Source of the DNA: an uncultured Nitrososphaerota archaeon
GTDB taxonomy: Archaea; Thermoproteota; Nitrososphaeria; Nitrososphaerales; CADDZS01
Direction: 5' to 3'
Assembly (NCBI GenBank): GCA_963799845.1
Contig: CAWCYI010000006.1
Coordinates: 576,001-640,000, forward strand
Length of the DNA stretch: 64,000 bases
Part shown: in pieces, positions 41,634-50,774 of the stretch
How positions within the stretch are numbered: the stretch's first letter is position 1
How the letters are laid out: the number at the start of each line of letters is the position of its first letter
Translations under genes and position numbers: made by a program
The notes under the pieces: model-generated
The model's input: the letters and a program-made list of their open reading frames with translations, nothing else
What the model was told of the DNA's origin: nothing
Databases searched by the model: none

Positions 41634-41814
41634 GGGCCTTCGTTATTCGAAGAAGGTACAGGAGAACAAAAGTTGAGGGAGACCTTTCCCAGTTGCCTCG
41701 CATGCTTCAACTGGACTTTGATAAACTCTCTGTTGCGATTGAAATTACTCCTAGGACCTCAACTAATTATGGAAAAGGAATATACCGGATTTGGCCGTGA
41801 TGTGATCAGACTTA

Positions 41815-42150
41815 ATGGCCGACATAACCGTTCGATATTTTGGAATGCTTCGCGAGATAGTGGGCAAGAAAAGTGAAATTGTTACGATTGAAGATTTATC
41901 GAGTGGAGCAGATCTGCTCAACTCGATATCAAACGCTCATGGGAAGAAATTCAGAGAATTTCTCTTCGATTCTGAAGGTAAAATAAGGCTAGGGCTGGCT
42001 TTTGCCGTTAATGGCTCCTCGGTTCAAAAATCTACTCTGTCGAGGACGAGATGTGAGAATATCTCAGAATTTGTAATCCTGCCTCCGATAAGTGGGGGCA
42101 GTGATTGTGTTGCCATTGTACGTTTCAATGACAGGAACTGGCAGATGTAG
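41815..42150 (+). CDS. MoaD/ThiS-family ubiquitin-like sulfur carrier (SAMP-like) with C-terminal extension
   Basis: ITVRYFGMLREIVG...FAVNG...VILPPISGG followed by 16 further residues. Confidence 0.85.
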   Translation: MADITVRYFGMLREIVGKKSEIVTIEDLSSGADLLNSISNAHGKKFREFLFDSEGKIRLGLAFAVNGSSVQKSTLSRTRCENISEFVILPPISGGSDCVAIVRFNDRNWQM

Positions 42151-42208
42151 TCTAAATCATCCATGAATGTTTTTTTAGGTCGGAAAAGATTCTCGTTTTT
42201 CGTTCTCT

Positions 42209-42541
42209 TTGAGTAACAATCTGAAAGCGCAGAAGGGAGATACTGTCTCCATACATTACCTCGGAAAATATGTCGGCGGTCAGGTCTTTGACACATCGAT
42301 TGAGTCTGAAGCCAAGAAGAGCGGATTGCACAGCCCGGCCAGGGATTACAAGCCATTGCAAGTCAAGCTAGGTGCTGGGCAAGTCATCCAAGGATTTGAA
42401 GAAGCCATTTTGGGAATGGGCATTAACGAAGAAAAAGAGGTAACAATCCCTCCGGAGAAGGCCTACGGCAAGACAGGAAGACACCCGATGGCCGGCAAGA
42501 CTCTCGTTTTCAAACTCAGAGTTACGAATATCAAAAGATAG
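42209..42541 (+). CDS. FKBP-type peptidyl-prolyl isomerase
   Basis: GDTVSIHYLG...FDTS...GQVIQGFEEAI...IPPEKAYG...HPMAGKTLVF. Confidence 0.92.
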   Translation: MSNNLKAQKGDTVSIHYLGKYVGGQVFDTSIESEAKKSGLHSPARDYKPLQVKLGAGQVIQGFEEAILGMGINEEKEVTIPPEKAYGKTGRHPMAGKTLVFKLRVTNIKR

Positions 42542-42605
42542 ATCCTTTTAGAATAATGTCAACGCCCTGGCCGGATTTAAAGCAGTCCAAAATGAGACTG
42601 GACCG

Positions 42606-44179
42606 TCAGGAGTAGACTGTCTGGCTCTGTTCCCTTAGAAACTGCTGGAGATAGTAGGGCCCTCCAGCTCCCTTCCCGCTCGAACCACTCCTTTTCCAGC
42701 CGACAAATGACTGGTTTCCGACCATGGCGCCCGTTGTAGAACCGGAGACTCTATTCGCATAAACTACCCCGGCTTGCACTCTAGCAAAAAATTCGCCGAT
42801 CTCCTTTCCATCTTCAGAAAATATCCCGGAGGTAAGCCCATAATCCACATTGTTTACTCTCTTTATTGCATCGTCTCAGCTCCGTGTATGATTCAATTGT
42901 GAGGATTGGAACAAACATCTCCGTTTTCACGAGATTGCTATTTCTTGGAATATCGACAACAATTGTTGGCTCCACGAAGTAACCCTTGGACAACTCTGCA
43001 TTCTTCAGTATACGACCTCCACTGGCGATTCGAGCTTCTTTTCGGGCTTCGTCTACAAAACTCTGATAATTCTTGTAGGCGGCTTCGTTGATCAGAGGGC
43101 CGAGAAATACTGGCCGGTCGGCAGGATTTCCGATTTTGAGTTCGGCAGTTTTCAATACTAGCTGCCCAATGAATTCGTCTTTTACCTTTTCATGGACATA
43201 AACGCGCGAGCATGCACTGCATTTTTGGCCTCCGAAACCGAAGGCTCCGCGCATCACTCCTTCCACCGCCTTCCCAACATTCCCCTTGTCGCTAACGACG
43301 GTTGCATTCTTGCCGCCCATCTCTGCTATGAAGGGCCGAGGTAGTTTCGCTTCGAACTCTGCAAGGGATCTTGAGCCGACGTCCCACGATCCAGTAAAGA
43401 CAACTCCCTGGACATGGGGATTTTCGATGAGCTCCTGCTCCCACGGTAGATCCGGATCCGGTTACAAAATTGTAAACTCCCACGGGGATTCCGGCTTGCC
43501 CCATTATTTTGCAGAGCTCGTATGACAGCAAAGGTGTATCTGAAGCGGGTTTCAGCACTACCGTGTTTCCGGCTATGCTCGCCCCGGCGCTCATTCCCGT
43601 CGCGATCGCAAATGGAAAATTGAAGGGAGCAATGACGCCCCAGACTCCGTAGGGCTTCAGGATCGATTTTGTACTCTCGTTCGGGAGACTGTGCCCCATT
43701 GGTATTTCAAATCCTTTGTTTTGCTCTAACTGGTCCGCGTAGTATCGAATGAAATCTATTCCCTCATCGACATCAGCCATGGCCTCGGTCCTCGTCTTTC
43801 CGTTCTCGAACGTCATCTCCGCTGCAAGCTTGAATTGTTGCCCAGATGCGAGATCCGCGGCTTTGCGATACAGCCTTACTCGTTCTAAGTACGGGGTCAT
43901 TGACCACGTCTCAAACGATTTCTTCGCAGCATTAATTGCGTGCTTTGCGTGCTCTCTGGTTCCTTTTTGGAACCGCCCTAAAACGAGTTCAGTATTGCAG
44001 GGTGAAACATCGTCAAAAGTTCCCTCTATCGAGAAAACCTCTTCTCCCCCGATTATCATCGGATAGGTTTTTCCAAAATCCTTCTGGACCTCTCCTATCG
44101 CAGTCTCGTATTCTTTGTGAAACTCTTCTTCGCTTCCGGATAACTTGAATCTTGAGAATGTGTTTTCGTTTTCGAACAT
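42606..44179 (-). CDS. Aldehyde dehydrogenase, 1-pyrroline-5-carboxylate dehydrogenase-like (apparent +1 frameshifts at ~43438 and ~42876)
   Basis: IAPFNFP, KPAS, VFTGS, EMGGKN, GQKCSACSR, EMFVP, YGLT and GGPYYLQQF motifs spread across three ORFs. Confidence 0.88.
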
Positions 44180-44375
44180 TTTTCGCTTCTACTTCTCCAA
44201 CTAAGAAAGGATGTTGTTGAACAGATCTGATCTACAACCAGTCAAATAAGTGTTCAATAGCTTGAGTGATCAATCAATGCAAGAAATCGAGCCAATCGGA
44301 CTTGAATGCACTCAGCTCACTGATAGTGAAAGTTCTAGTTGCGAAAGATACGCTGTCCAGAAGGCAAAAAGACAG

Positions 44376-44819
44376 CTATGCAGCTTCAAGTTTTCCTTGC
44401 AGGCAGGTGAATAAACTCTTGATTATCTTCTCCGCCTGGCCCTGAAGTAGCCTTTGTCCGACTGATGCGATCCTTCCTCCGATTTTTGCGTCAGCAGACC
44501 ATTTCATCGATGTACCGCCGTCGGGCTGGTCGGAAAGATCCATGATAGTGTCCATGTCAACGGTACTTCCAATGCCAGTTCCGTGCGCAGTCAACTTCGC
44601 ATGTGAGGTCGGGGTCTTTTCTACCGTCGTGAAATGGAGCGTAAAGTCCCCTTTTATGAAAGAAACTCCAGCTTTGATAACCGCAGTAAAATCATCCGGA
44701 GACTTGACGTCTAGTTTTTGAAGATCTGGCATGCATTGCGAAATCTGATTCGGATCAAGCACCATCGCCCAAACTGTGTCCCTTTTGGCCTTTACGTTGA
44801 ATGTCCCATCAAAATGCAA
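44376..44819 (-). CDS. CoxG/SRPBCC-family protein
   Basis: FDGTFNV...VW...DP..ISQCMP...GRIASVGQRLL. Confidence 0.9.
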   Translation of the reverse strand: MHFDGTFNVKAKRDTVWAMVLDPNQISQCMPDLQKLDVKSPDDFTAVIKAGVSFIKGDFTLHFTTVEKTPTSHAKLTAHGTGIGSTVDMDTIMDLSDQPDGGTSMKWSADAKIGGRIASVGQRLLQGQAEKIIKSLFTCLQGKLEAA

Positions 44820-44833
44820 ATAATTTCTCTTCC

Positions 44834-47260
44834 CTAATTTTCCCCTTTGGATTTTGAGACTTTGTCGCGAATGAGTTTATGTATATGTTGCGGATTTTGA
44901 TGTGAATCACTGATTTCAATGCCAAACGGCGCTAGCGCGTCTTCAACCGCGTTCGAAATCGCACCTAGCGGAGTACCTCCACCTTCTCCTACTCCCCTAA
45001 TTCCCTTGGGGGCAAATAAAGAAGGGTATTCTAAGTGTCCTGTGATCAAATGGGGTATTTCTACCGCGGATGGAATCAGATAATCGATGAATGTATTGCT
45101 CTTGAGCTGCCCATTTTCGTCGTATTCAAAGTTTTCAAACATCGCCGCACCAATCCCGTGAGCGGCAGCTCCATGTACCTGTCCTTCGACTATCATGGGA
45201 TTTATCTGCCTCCCGCAATCGTCCACGATCACGTATCTCAGTATTCTGAACTTGCCGGTTTCGGGATCCAGCTCTATCGCTGCAATATGAGTCTGGTACG
45301 AGTAAGTTAGCGTTTGGTTCAGCCGCCACTTTTCATCGGGTAACGAAAAGTTTGGTTTCCAATAATGAGTAGCAACCAAACCGGGCTCCATTCCCTCAGG
45401 CAGCAAAAGGTTATTCACCCAAGCGACATTCGCGATCTGCCATAATGGCATCTTCCTTCCAGACGGGCGGTCGACGACATTCCCGTCTTTGAACTCGATG
45501 TCCTCCTCTCTTGTTTTCATAAGATGGGCGCCAATGATTGCGACTTTTTCTTTCAGCTTTTTTGACGCGCCCAGGAGAGCGCCCGTTCCCATCACAGCAG
45601 AACGACTCGCATACGAACCGGACTGGTGAGAGAACGGGTTAATTGCGGAGTCAAACCCCATCAGAACCGCAATCTGATCTGGAGTTATTCCGAATTCATC
45701 GGCAACAATTTGTGCCGCGAAAGTTTCGTGGCCCTGACCCTGCGGAACCGTACCGAGTCCTACTTGGAATTGCCCCATTCCGTCAATACTGACCCTTGCC
45801 GCTTCCGAGTTACCCGAGAACGGGTTATCATCCGTGAGGATCTTCACCTGCCCAAAGTTGTTGGTTCCCGAATCGACAGCCGTAGCGATTCCTATCCCAA
45901 TCATTTTGCCCAGCTTTCTTGCCCGAGCTTGCTCCTCCCTAAGTCCGTCGTAATCGATAAGCCTCATCGCCTTTCGTAAAGACTCTGCGTAGTTTCCGCC
46001 GTCGTAAATCCCGCCACTGGGGGTGACATAGGGCATCTCATCTGATCTTACGTAGTTCTTCAGCCTTACCTCCGAAGGGTCCAGTCCCAGCTCCCTGGCT
46101 ACAATGTCAACCGATCTCTCGATCATCCAGAGATGTTGCATCCTCGAATACCCGCGGTTTGGTCCCACGGGGGCCTTGTTCGTCATGACCTGGAAAAAAT
46201 CTACTTTCAGGTTGCTGAAATGATAAACACCAGGCGAGACCTGCGCCCAAATCGTCGCTCCCGCAGGTTCATAACGGGTATACGCGCCGCAGTCGTCGTA
46301 TGCGGCAACCTTGAAGCCAAGTATCGTGCCGTCCTTCTTTACCGGGACCTCGACATCGAAGCTCCGTTCGTTCCCGTGGTTTGCAAACATGTGCTCCCGC
46401 CGGTCCTCTGTCCACTTTACGGGGCGTTTTGCCTTCATGGAAAGAAGGCTGATTAAAGCGATGTACGGATAGCTGATAATCTTCGTTCCAAAGCCTCCTC
46501 CGATGTCCCCGGTGATCATCCTTATGCGGTTGGAGGGGAATTTCAGGCCGAACGAGAGCCATGGAATACAAAACATTGGCATCTGATTGTTGCAGTATAT
46601 GTTCAGAAAACCAGTTGCGCGATCGTAATTGACTACGACGCCGTTGTTCTCAATGGGTGTCGAGCTGAACCTGTGAAAGTGAAGTTTCGCCCTAACAACT
46701 TTGTCAGCCCCTTTCAGTGCGTCCTCGATGTCCCCGTAATTCCACGTCCCGTGAAAAACGAGATTCGAACCGACCTGTTCATGAACCAATGTTGCATCAG
46801 AATTTAGAGCCTCGCGCGCGTCAAGTACATGGTCTAGCGGCTCATACTCGACGTCGACAAGTTCGAGCGCGTCTTCGGCAATTCCTCTGGTCTCGGCAAC
46901 AATGGCAACGACTGGTTCTCCGACAAAATGAACCTTGTCCACCGCCAGACAGTAATCTCTCACTTTGTTTGCGGGTGCCGGAGAAATCTGTAGAAACGGA
47001 TCGGTCAGCTTCGCTACTTCCTGACCCGTTAGTGCATAAATGACACCGCGGAGAGCTGCAGCTTTGCTGACGTCTACATTTTTTATTCTTGCATTTGCAT
47101 AAGGACTGCGCAGGATAGAGGCAAACGTCAACCCTGGGAGTTTAACATCGTCAACGAACTTTCCCAAACCGGAGACGAGTCTTGGGTCTTCCTTGCGCTT
47201 TAGTGGTTGACCCATCCACTTAGTTTGACTCTCCTTGACCAGTTCTGTGACTGTGGCCAA
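44834..47260 (-). CDS. Xanthine dehydrogenase-family molybdopterin-binding large subunit (CoxL-like, substrate unknown)
   Basis: RKEDPRL, IGGGFGTK, QGQGHET, INPMIVEGQVHG and GVGEGG motifs; the active-site loop reads PNRGYSR. Confidence 0.92.
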   Translation of the reverse strand: MATVTELVKESQTKWMGQPLKRKEDPRLVSGLGKFVDDVKLPGLTFASILRSPYANARIKNVDVSKAAALRGVIYALTGQEVAKLTDPFLQISPAPANKVRDYCLAVDKVHFVGEPVVAIVAETRGIAEDALELVDVEYEPLDHVLDAREALNSDATLVHEQVGSNLVFHGTWNYGDIEDALKGADKVVRAKLHFHRFSSTPIENNGVVVNYDRATGFLNIYCNNQMPMFCIPWLSFGLKFPSNRIRMITGDIGGGFGTKIISYPYIALISLLSMKAKRPVKWTEDRREHMFANHGNERSFDVEVPVKKDGTILGFKVAAYDDCGAYTRYEPAGATIWAQVSPGVYHFSNLKVDFFQVMTNKAPVGPNRGYSRMQHLWMIERSVDIVARELGLDPSEVRLKNYVRSDEMPYVTPSGGIYDGGNYAESLRKAMRLIDYDGLREEQARARKLGKMIGIGIATAVDSGTNNFGQVKILTDDNPFSGNSEAARVSIDGMGQFQVGLGTVPQGQGHETFAAQIVADEFGITPDQIAVLMGFDSAINPFSHQSGSYASRSAVMGTGALLGASKKLKEKVAIIGAHLMKTREEDIEFKDGNVVDRPSGRKMPLWQIANVAWVNNLLLPEGMEPGLVATHYWKPNFSLPDEKWRLNQTLTYSYQTHIAAIELDPETGKFRILRYVIVDDCGRQINPMIVEGQVHGAAAHGIGAAMFENFEYDENGQLKSNTFIDYLIPSAVEIPHLITGHLEYPSLFAPKGIRGVGEGGGTPLGAISNAVEDALAPFGIEISDSHQNPQHIHKLIRDKVSKSKGEN

Positions 47261-47281
47261 GGTACTGACACCTACAATCAG

Positions 47282-47809
47282 TTACATCTGCTGGGCGCTC
47301 TTCCCGCCCTCTGACTGCATCTTCTTGGCTGCTGCCTTGATCGATTTTACAATGTTCACGTAACCCGTGCAGCGGCAGAGATTTCCTTCAATTCCCCTTC
47401 GGATTTCATCCTCGGTAGGATCTGGATTTCTCTGCAGGAGGAAAAGACCAGAGATCAACATGCCGGGCGTGCAGTATCCACACTGCAGACCGTGGTTTTC
47501 CCAAAATGCCTCCTGGATCGGATGAAGCTTATCACCATCTGCAAGGCCTTCAACCGTTGTAATGTCTGCGCCCTGGGCCTGAATCGCGAGAACCATGCAA
47601 GACTTTACAGTCTTGCCATTCATGAAAATCGTGCAAGCCCCGCAGTGACCCGTATCGCATCCGATGTGAGTTCCGGTGAGGTTCAACTCATCTCGGATAA
47701 AATGAACCAAGAGCAGTCTTGGTTCAGCGACGCCGCTGTACTCTTTGCCGTTGATCTTGCATTTGACCTGGACCAGGTCTGACCTTGTTGCTGATTTCAT
47801 CATTTCCAA
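47282..47809 (-). CDS. [2Fe-2S] small subunit (CoxS-like)
   Basis: [10 protein letters not shown]; QCGYCTPG; NLCRCTGY. Confidence 0.95.
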   Translation of the reverse strand: MEMMKSATRSDLVQVKCKINGKEYSGVAEPRLLLVHFIRDELNLTGTHIGCDTGHCGACTIFMNGKTVKSCMVLAIQAQGADITTVEGLADGDKLHPIQEAFWENHGLQCGYCTPGMLISGLFLLQRNPDPTEDEIRRGIEGNLCRCTGYVNIVKSIKAAAKKMQSEGGKSAQQM

Positions 47810-47814
47810 TCTAC

Positions 47815-48678
47815 CTACTTTAGCCTCGTCATTGCCATCTTGATTGTTCTTCTCGTAAACACTTTCATCATGTCCAGTCTGTATTCCCTGCTTCCATGCA
47901 TGTCGGACGGTGGATCAGCTCCTTCGTTAGCTCTCTCAGCGGCGTCTGCGATGGTCTTGTCATCCAGCGTCTTGCCTTTGAGATAGTTCTCGACTGCCTT
48001 TCCCCTCAAGGGTCTCGGACCGACGGCACCGAATGCGATTCGGATATCCTTGCAAACATTACCAGGATCGACTGTTAGGACAACACCGGTACCGACGATT
48101 GCAAAATCGCCTTCGCGTCTGCTGTGCTTAATGTAAGCCGAGGCAGAGTTTGGCGGAAGGTAGAGAAGCCGGATTTCAGAAAGGACTTCGTCGTGCCCGA
48201 CCGCAGTCTCAAAAAGATCCTTGAAAAATTCAGTAGCCGGAACGATTCTCTGTCCCTTACCGTTGTGAATTACAAATCTAGCGTCCAGCGCCGTTAGAGC
48301 AGTAGGCAGGTCTGCCGCGGGGTCTGCGTGGCACGAACTTCCCCCAATGGTCCCCTTGTTTCGAATCTGCTGATCTCCAATCTTGCTGGCGGCATCTGTA
48401 AGAATCGGGAAAAGCCTCTTGATCGATTGATTATGCTCAATGATGTCATGTATCGTCAGGGCACCTATTCCGAGATACTCCTTGTCTTCCCTTACGTATG
48501 AAAGATCTTGAAGATTCGAAATATCAACCAAAGCCGATGGAGCGGCAAGTCTTAGTTTCATGAGAGCTAGAAGACTCTGACCACCGGCGAGCACCTTTGC
48601 ATCCTCATTATCATGCAAGAGCTGTATTGCTTCGCCGATTGACGAGGCTGAATAATAATCAAATTTCTTTGGGGTCAT
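47815..48678 (-). CDS. FAD-binding medium subunit (CoxM-like)
   Basis: LAGGQSL; [17 protein letters not shown]; [10 protein letters not shown]. Confidence 0.95.
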   Translation of the reverse strand: MTPKKFDYYSASSIGEAIQLLHDNEDAKVLAGGQSLLALMKLRLAAPSALVDISNLQDLSYVREDKEYLGIGALTIHDIIEHNQSIKRLFPILTDAASKIGDQQIRNKGTIGGSSCHADPAADLPTALTALDARFVIHNGKGQRIVPATEFFKDLFETAVGHDEVLSEIRLLYLPPNSASAYIKHSRREGDFAIVGTGVVLTVDPGNVCKDIRIAFGAVGPRPLRGKAVENYLKGKTLDDKTIADAAERANEGADPPSDMHGSREYRLDMMKVFTRRTIKMAMTRLK

Positions 48679-48866
48679 TGAGAATGTTTTGAATCGAGGT
48701 CGCTCAAGAATATTTCAATATATCTGAGCGTATTATTCGAATATTGTCGGCTGCGACAAATCTTCACCTAAATCTTAACTGAGCTGAGTAGCCGGTTGAA
48801 GTAATTGTTTTGAATATTGTTTCTCAATCCGTTGGGAAAACCGCCACGTAGTTCGTCAATTTACAC

Positions 48867-48974
48867 TAGCATTAGAATTTCCCAGGAGAGCTTGAAACAA
48901 GCTCTTTAGTAGACAGAATTACAACGTTGGTTGGACTCGCGAGAAATCGCGTAATAAATCACCGAAAGTGAAAC
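48867..48974 (+). repeat. Copy B of the duplicated ~110-nt structured non-coding element
   Basis: Homologous to 41525-41633; hairpins GAGAGCTTG-AAA-CAAGCTCTT, CGCGA-GAAA-TCGCG and TCAC-CGAAA-GTGA. Confidence 0.8.
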
Positions 48975-49368
48975 AATAGCTTTGGGAAAGCAGGTCGACA
49001 GAAGAAGGTGGACCTCCGGAGGGTACTCAAACTGGTTAGACTCTATTCCCGCCTACCAGGTCTGATCGCGTGTGGCGCAGCGTTGCAAGGAGACTTCATC
49101 TATTTGTTAACGTGCGGCAAAAGTTGGTCATGCCCATCTCTACTATCACATTCTCTCAGAAGTCCTGGACGGAAGCTTGTGACTCTAGGTGCAGTTGTAC
49201 TAGTCGTTGACCAGAATCCAGAATAGCTCGAACGTTTGAGAGCGCTGTTGCAAAAAAGGAACCGCTATGTAGACCTACTATGATGGAGGTAAAAACCGGT
49301 AAATACTTAAATTCTAATTTGCTATAACTAATTCCAAGGTTTGACTGATTACCAATTGAACTTTACGT

Positions 49369-50709
49369 TTGGTGGTTATATTGAGTCAAGAGAAAGGAAT
49401 CGTAAAGTACTTAGTAAAATTAAGATTTGATGTAGAAGGAGTAGTTGAAAAGGCAGATCTAATAGGCGCAATCTTTGGACAGACGGAGGGCCTCTTCGGG
49501 CCCGAGATGAACCTACAGGAACTGCAAAAGACGTGGAAAGTCGGTCGCATAGAGATAAACCTGCAGTCGAGCAATGGCAAGACTTCTGGCGAAGTTCTAA
49601 TTCCTATGAGTACTGACGTTTCGACTGCCGCGCTCATCGCTGCCGCGGTTGAAAACGTTGACAAAGTAGGGCCGTGCGCCGCGAAATTCCAACTGGTCGG
49701 GATCACCGATGTCCGAGCCGATCGAAGGAAGGTCATCGTCGATCGCGCGAAGTCCATAATGAAGGACTGGGCTTCAAAGACCGCCAGCGAGGGAGAGGAG
49801 TCCCTCAAGGATATTGTTGATTCCGCGAAAAAGGCCAGATTGATTACGTTTGGCAAGGAAGGCTTACCCGCGGGCCCGGCAGTATCTTCGTCGGAGACGG
49901 TTTACGTCGTCGAGGGACGAGCTGACATCATAAACCTTCTGAGGGCCGGAATCGAGAACACTATTGCCGTAGAGGGAACCAGCGTCCCCGATACGGTGAA
50001 AGACCTTGCCAGAAAGGGCAGGACTCTGATAGCATTTCTGGATGGAGACCGCGGCGGTGATCTTATCCTAAAGGAACTTAGCCAGGTCGCAAAGATAGAC
50101 CGAGTTTACAGAGCGCCCAGAGGCCGTGAAGTCGAGGAGCTCACTCCGGTGGAGATTCTAGAGATTTTGCGCGAAAGACCTTCTGCTGAGCGGGGTGAAG
50201 ACTTGTCGGAAGAAAGGGAGGAACGGCCGCGCGAACATAGAGAAAACCACGGCAGGTATGACCGGGGAGGAGGCGGAAGATATGGACGAAGAGACAGGGG
50301 CGATCGAGGAAGAGGGCCGAGAGACAGACAGGAGTATCAATACGAAGAAAGGCCTCCTGAAAGGGAGCCGGTCGAGCAGCCTCAATTACCACCGGCACCA
50401 CCAATGGCTCCCGAAGTAGTGGAGAAGGTCAAAACTGAATATGCTTCTATTAACGGAACGCTGGAAGCAAAAGTATTCGACTCTTCTTGGAACGAGATTG
50501 CGAGAATGCCCGTTAACGAGATCGTTACGAAACTTGGTGAGACCTCGGGGGCAAAGCACCTCGTCTTCGACGGGATTGTAACCCAGCGGTTGATTGACGC
50601 CGGCGCCAAGGTTGGAATCGAAACAGTTGTGGGACACAGAACGGGAGAGATCCAGAACAAGCCGGAAGGGATTCTGGTTTACAGCTTTAGGGATCTCGGT
50701 CTCGAATAG
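49369..50709 (+). CDS. dnaG: Archaeal DnaG (TOPRIM; exosome-associated)
   Basis: GAIFGQTEGL, VVEGRADIINL, FLDGDRGG and FDGIVTQRL motifs; the start may be TTG 49381. Confidence 0.95.
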   Translation: MVVILSQEKGIVKYLVKLRFDVEGVVEKADLIGAIFGQTEGLFGPEMNLQELQKTWKVGRIEINLQSSNGKTSGEVLIPMSTDVSTAALIAAAVENVDKVGPCAAKFQLVGITDVRADRRKVIVDRAKSIMKDWASKTASEGEESLKDIVDSAKKARLITFGKEGLPAGPAVSSSETVYVVEGRADIINLLRAGIENTIAVEGTSVPDTVKDLARKGRTLIAFLDGDRGGDLILKELSQVAKIDRVYRAPRGREVEELTPVEILEILRERPSAERGEDLSEEREERPREHRENHGRYDRGGGGRYGRRDRGDRGRGPRDRQEYQYEERPPEREPVEQPQLPPAPPMAPEVVEKVKTEYASINGTLEAKVFDSSWNEIARMPVNEIVTKLGETSGAKHLVFDGIVTQRLIDAGAKVGIETVVGHRTGEIQNKPEGILVYSFRDLGLE

Positions 50710-50774
50710 TTAGTTCAATCAAAACACTAGCTCCTCAGCATTTAATCTGAGAGCCAGCGGGAGCTCGATATTGC

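Noticed and set aside
35293-44179. Pseudogene or programmed-frameshift calls for aIF2alpha, priL, moaB and the aldehyde dehydrogenase
   Set aside because: No other decay is visible, two of the genes are essential, there are no slippery heptamers, and the breaks share an AGCT context, so a systematic artefact is more likely.
44834-47260. Aerobic CO dehydrogenase (coxL)
   Set aside because: It lacks both the AYxCSFR and AYxGAGR signatures.
41525-48974. CRISPR repeats or a known small ribozyme (TTGAAAC/GAAAC motifs)
   Set aside because: Only two copies 7 kb apart, with no spacers or cas genes; hammerhead (CUGANGA) and hairpin-ribozyme cores do not match.
48700-49368. RNase P RNA, or the 72-aa ORF 49008-49226
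   Set aside because: No GAGGAAAGUCC or 3' P4 consensus is present, and the ORF has no recognisable features.
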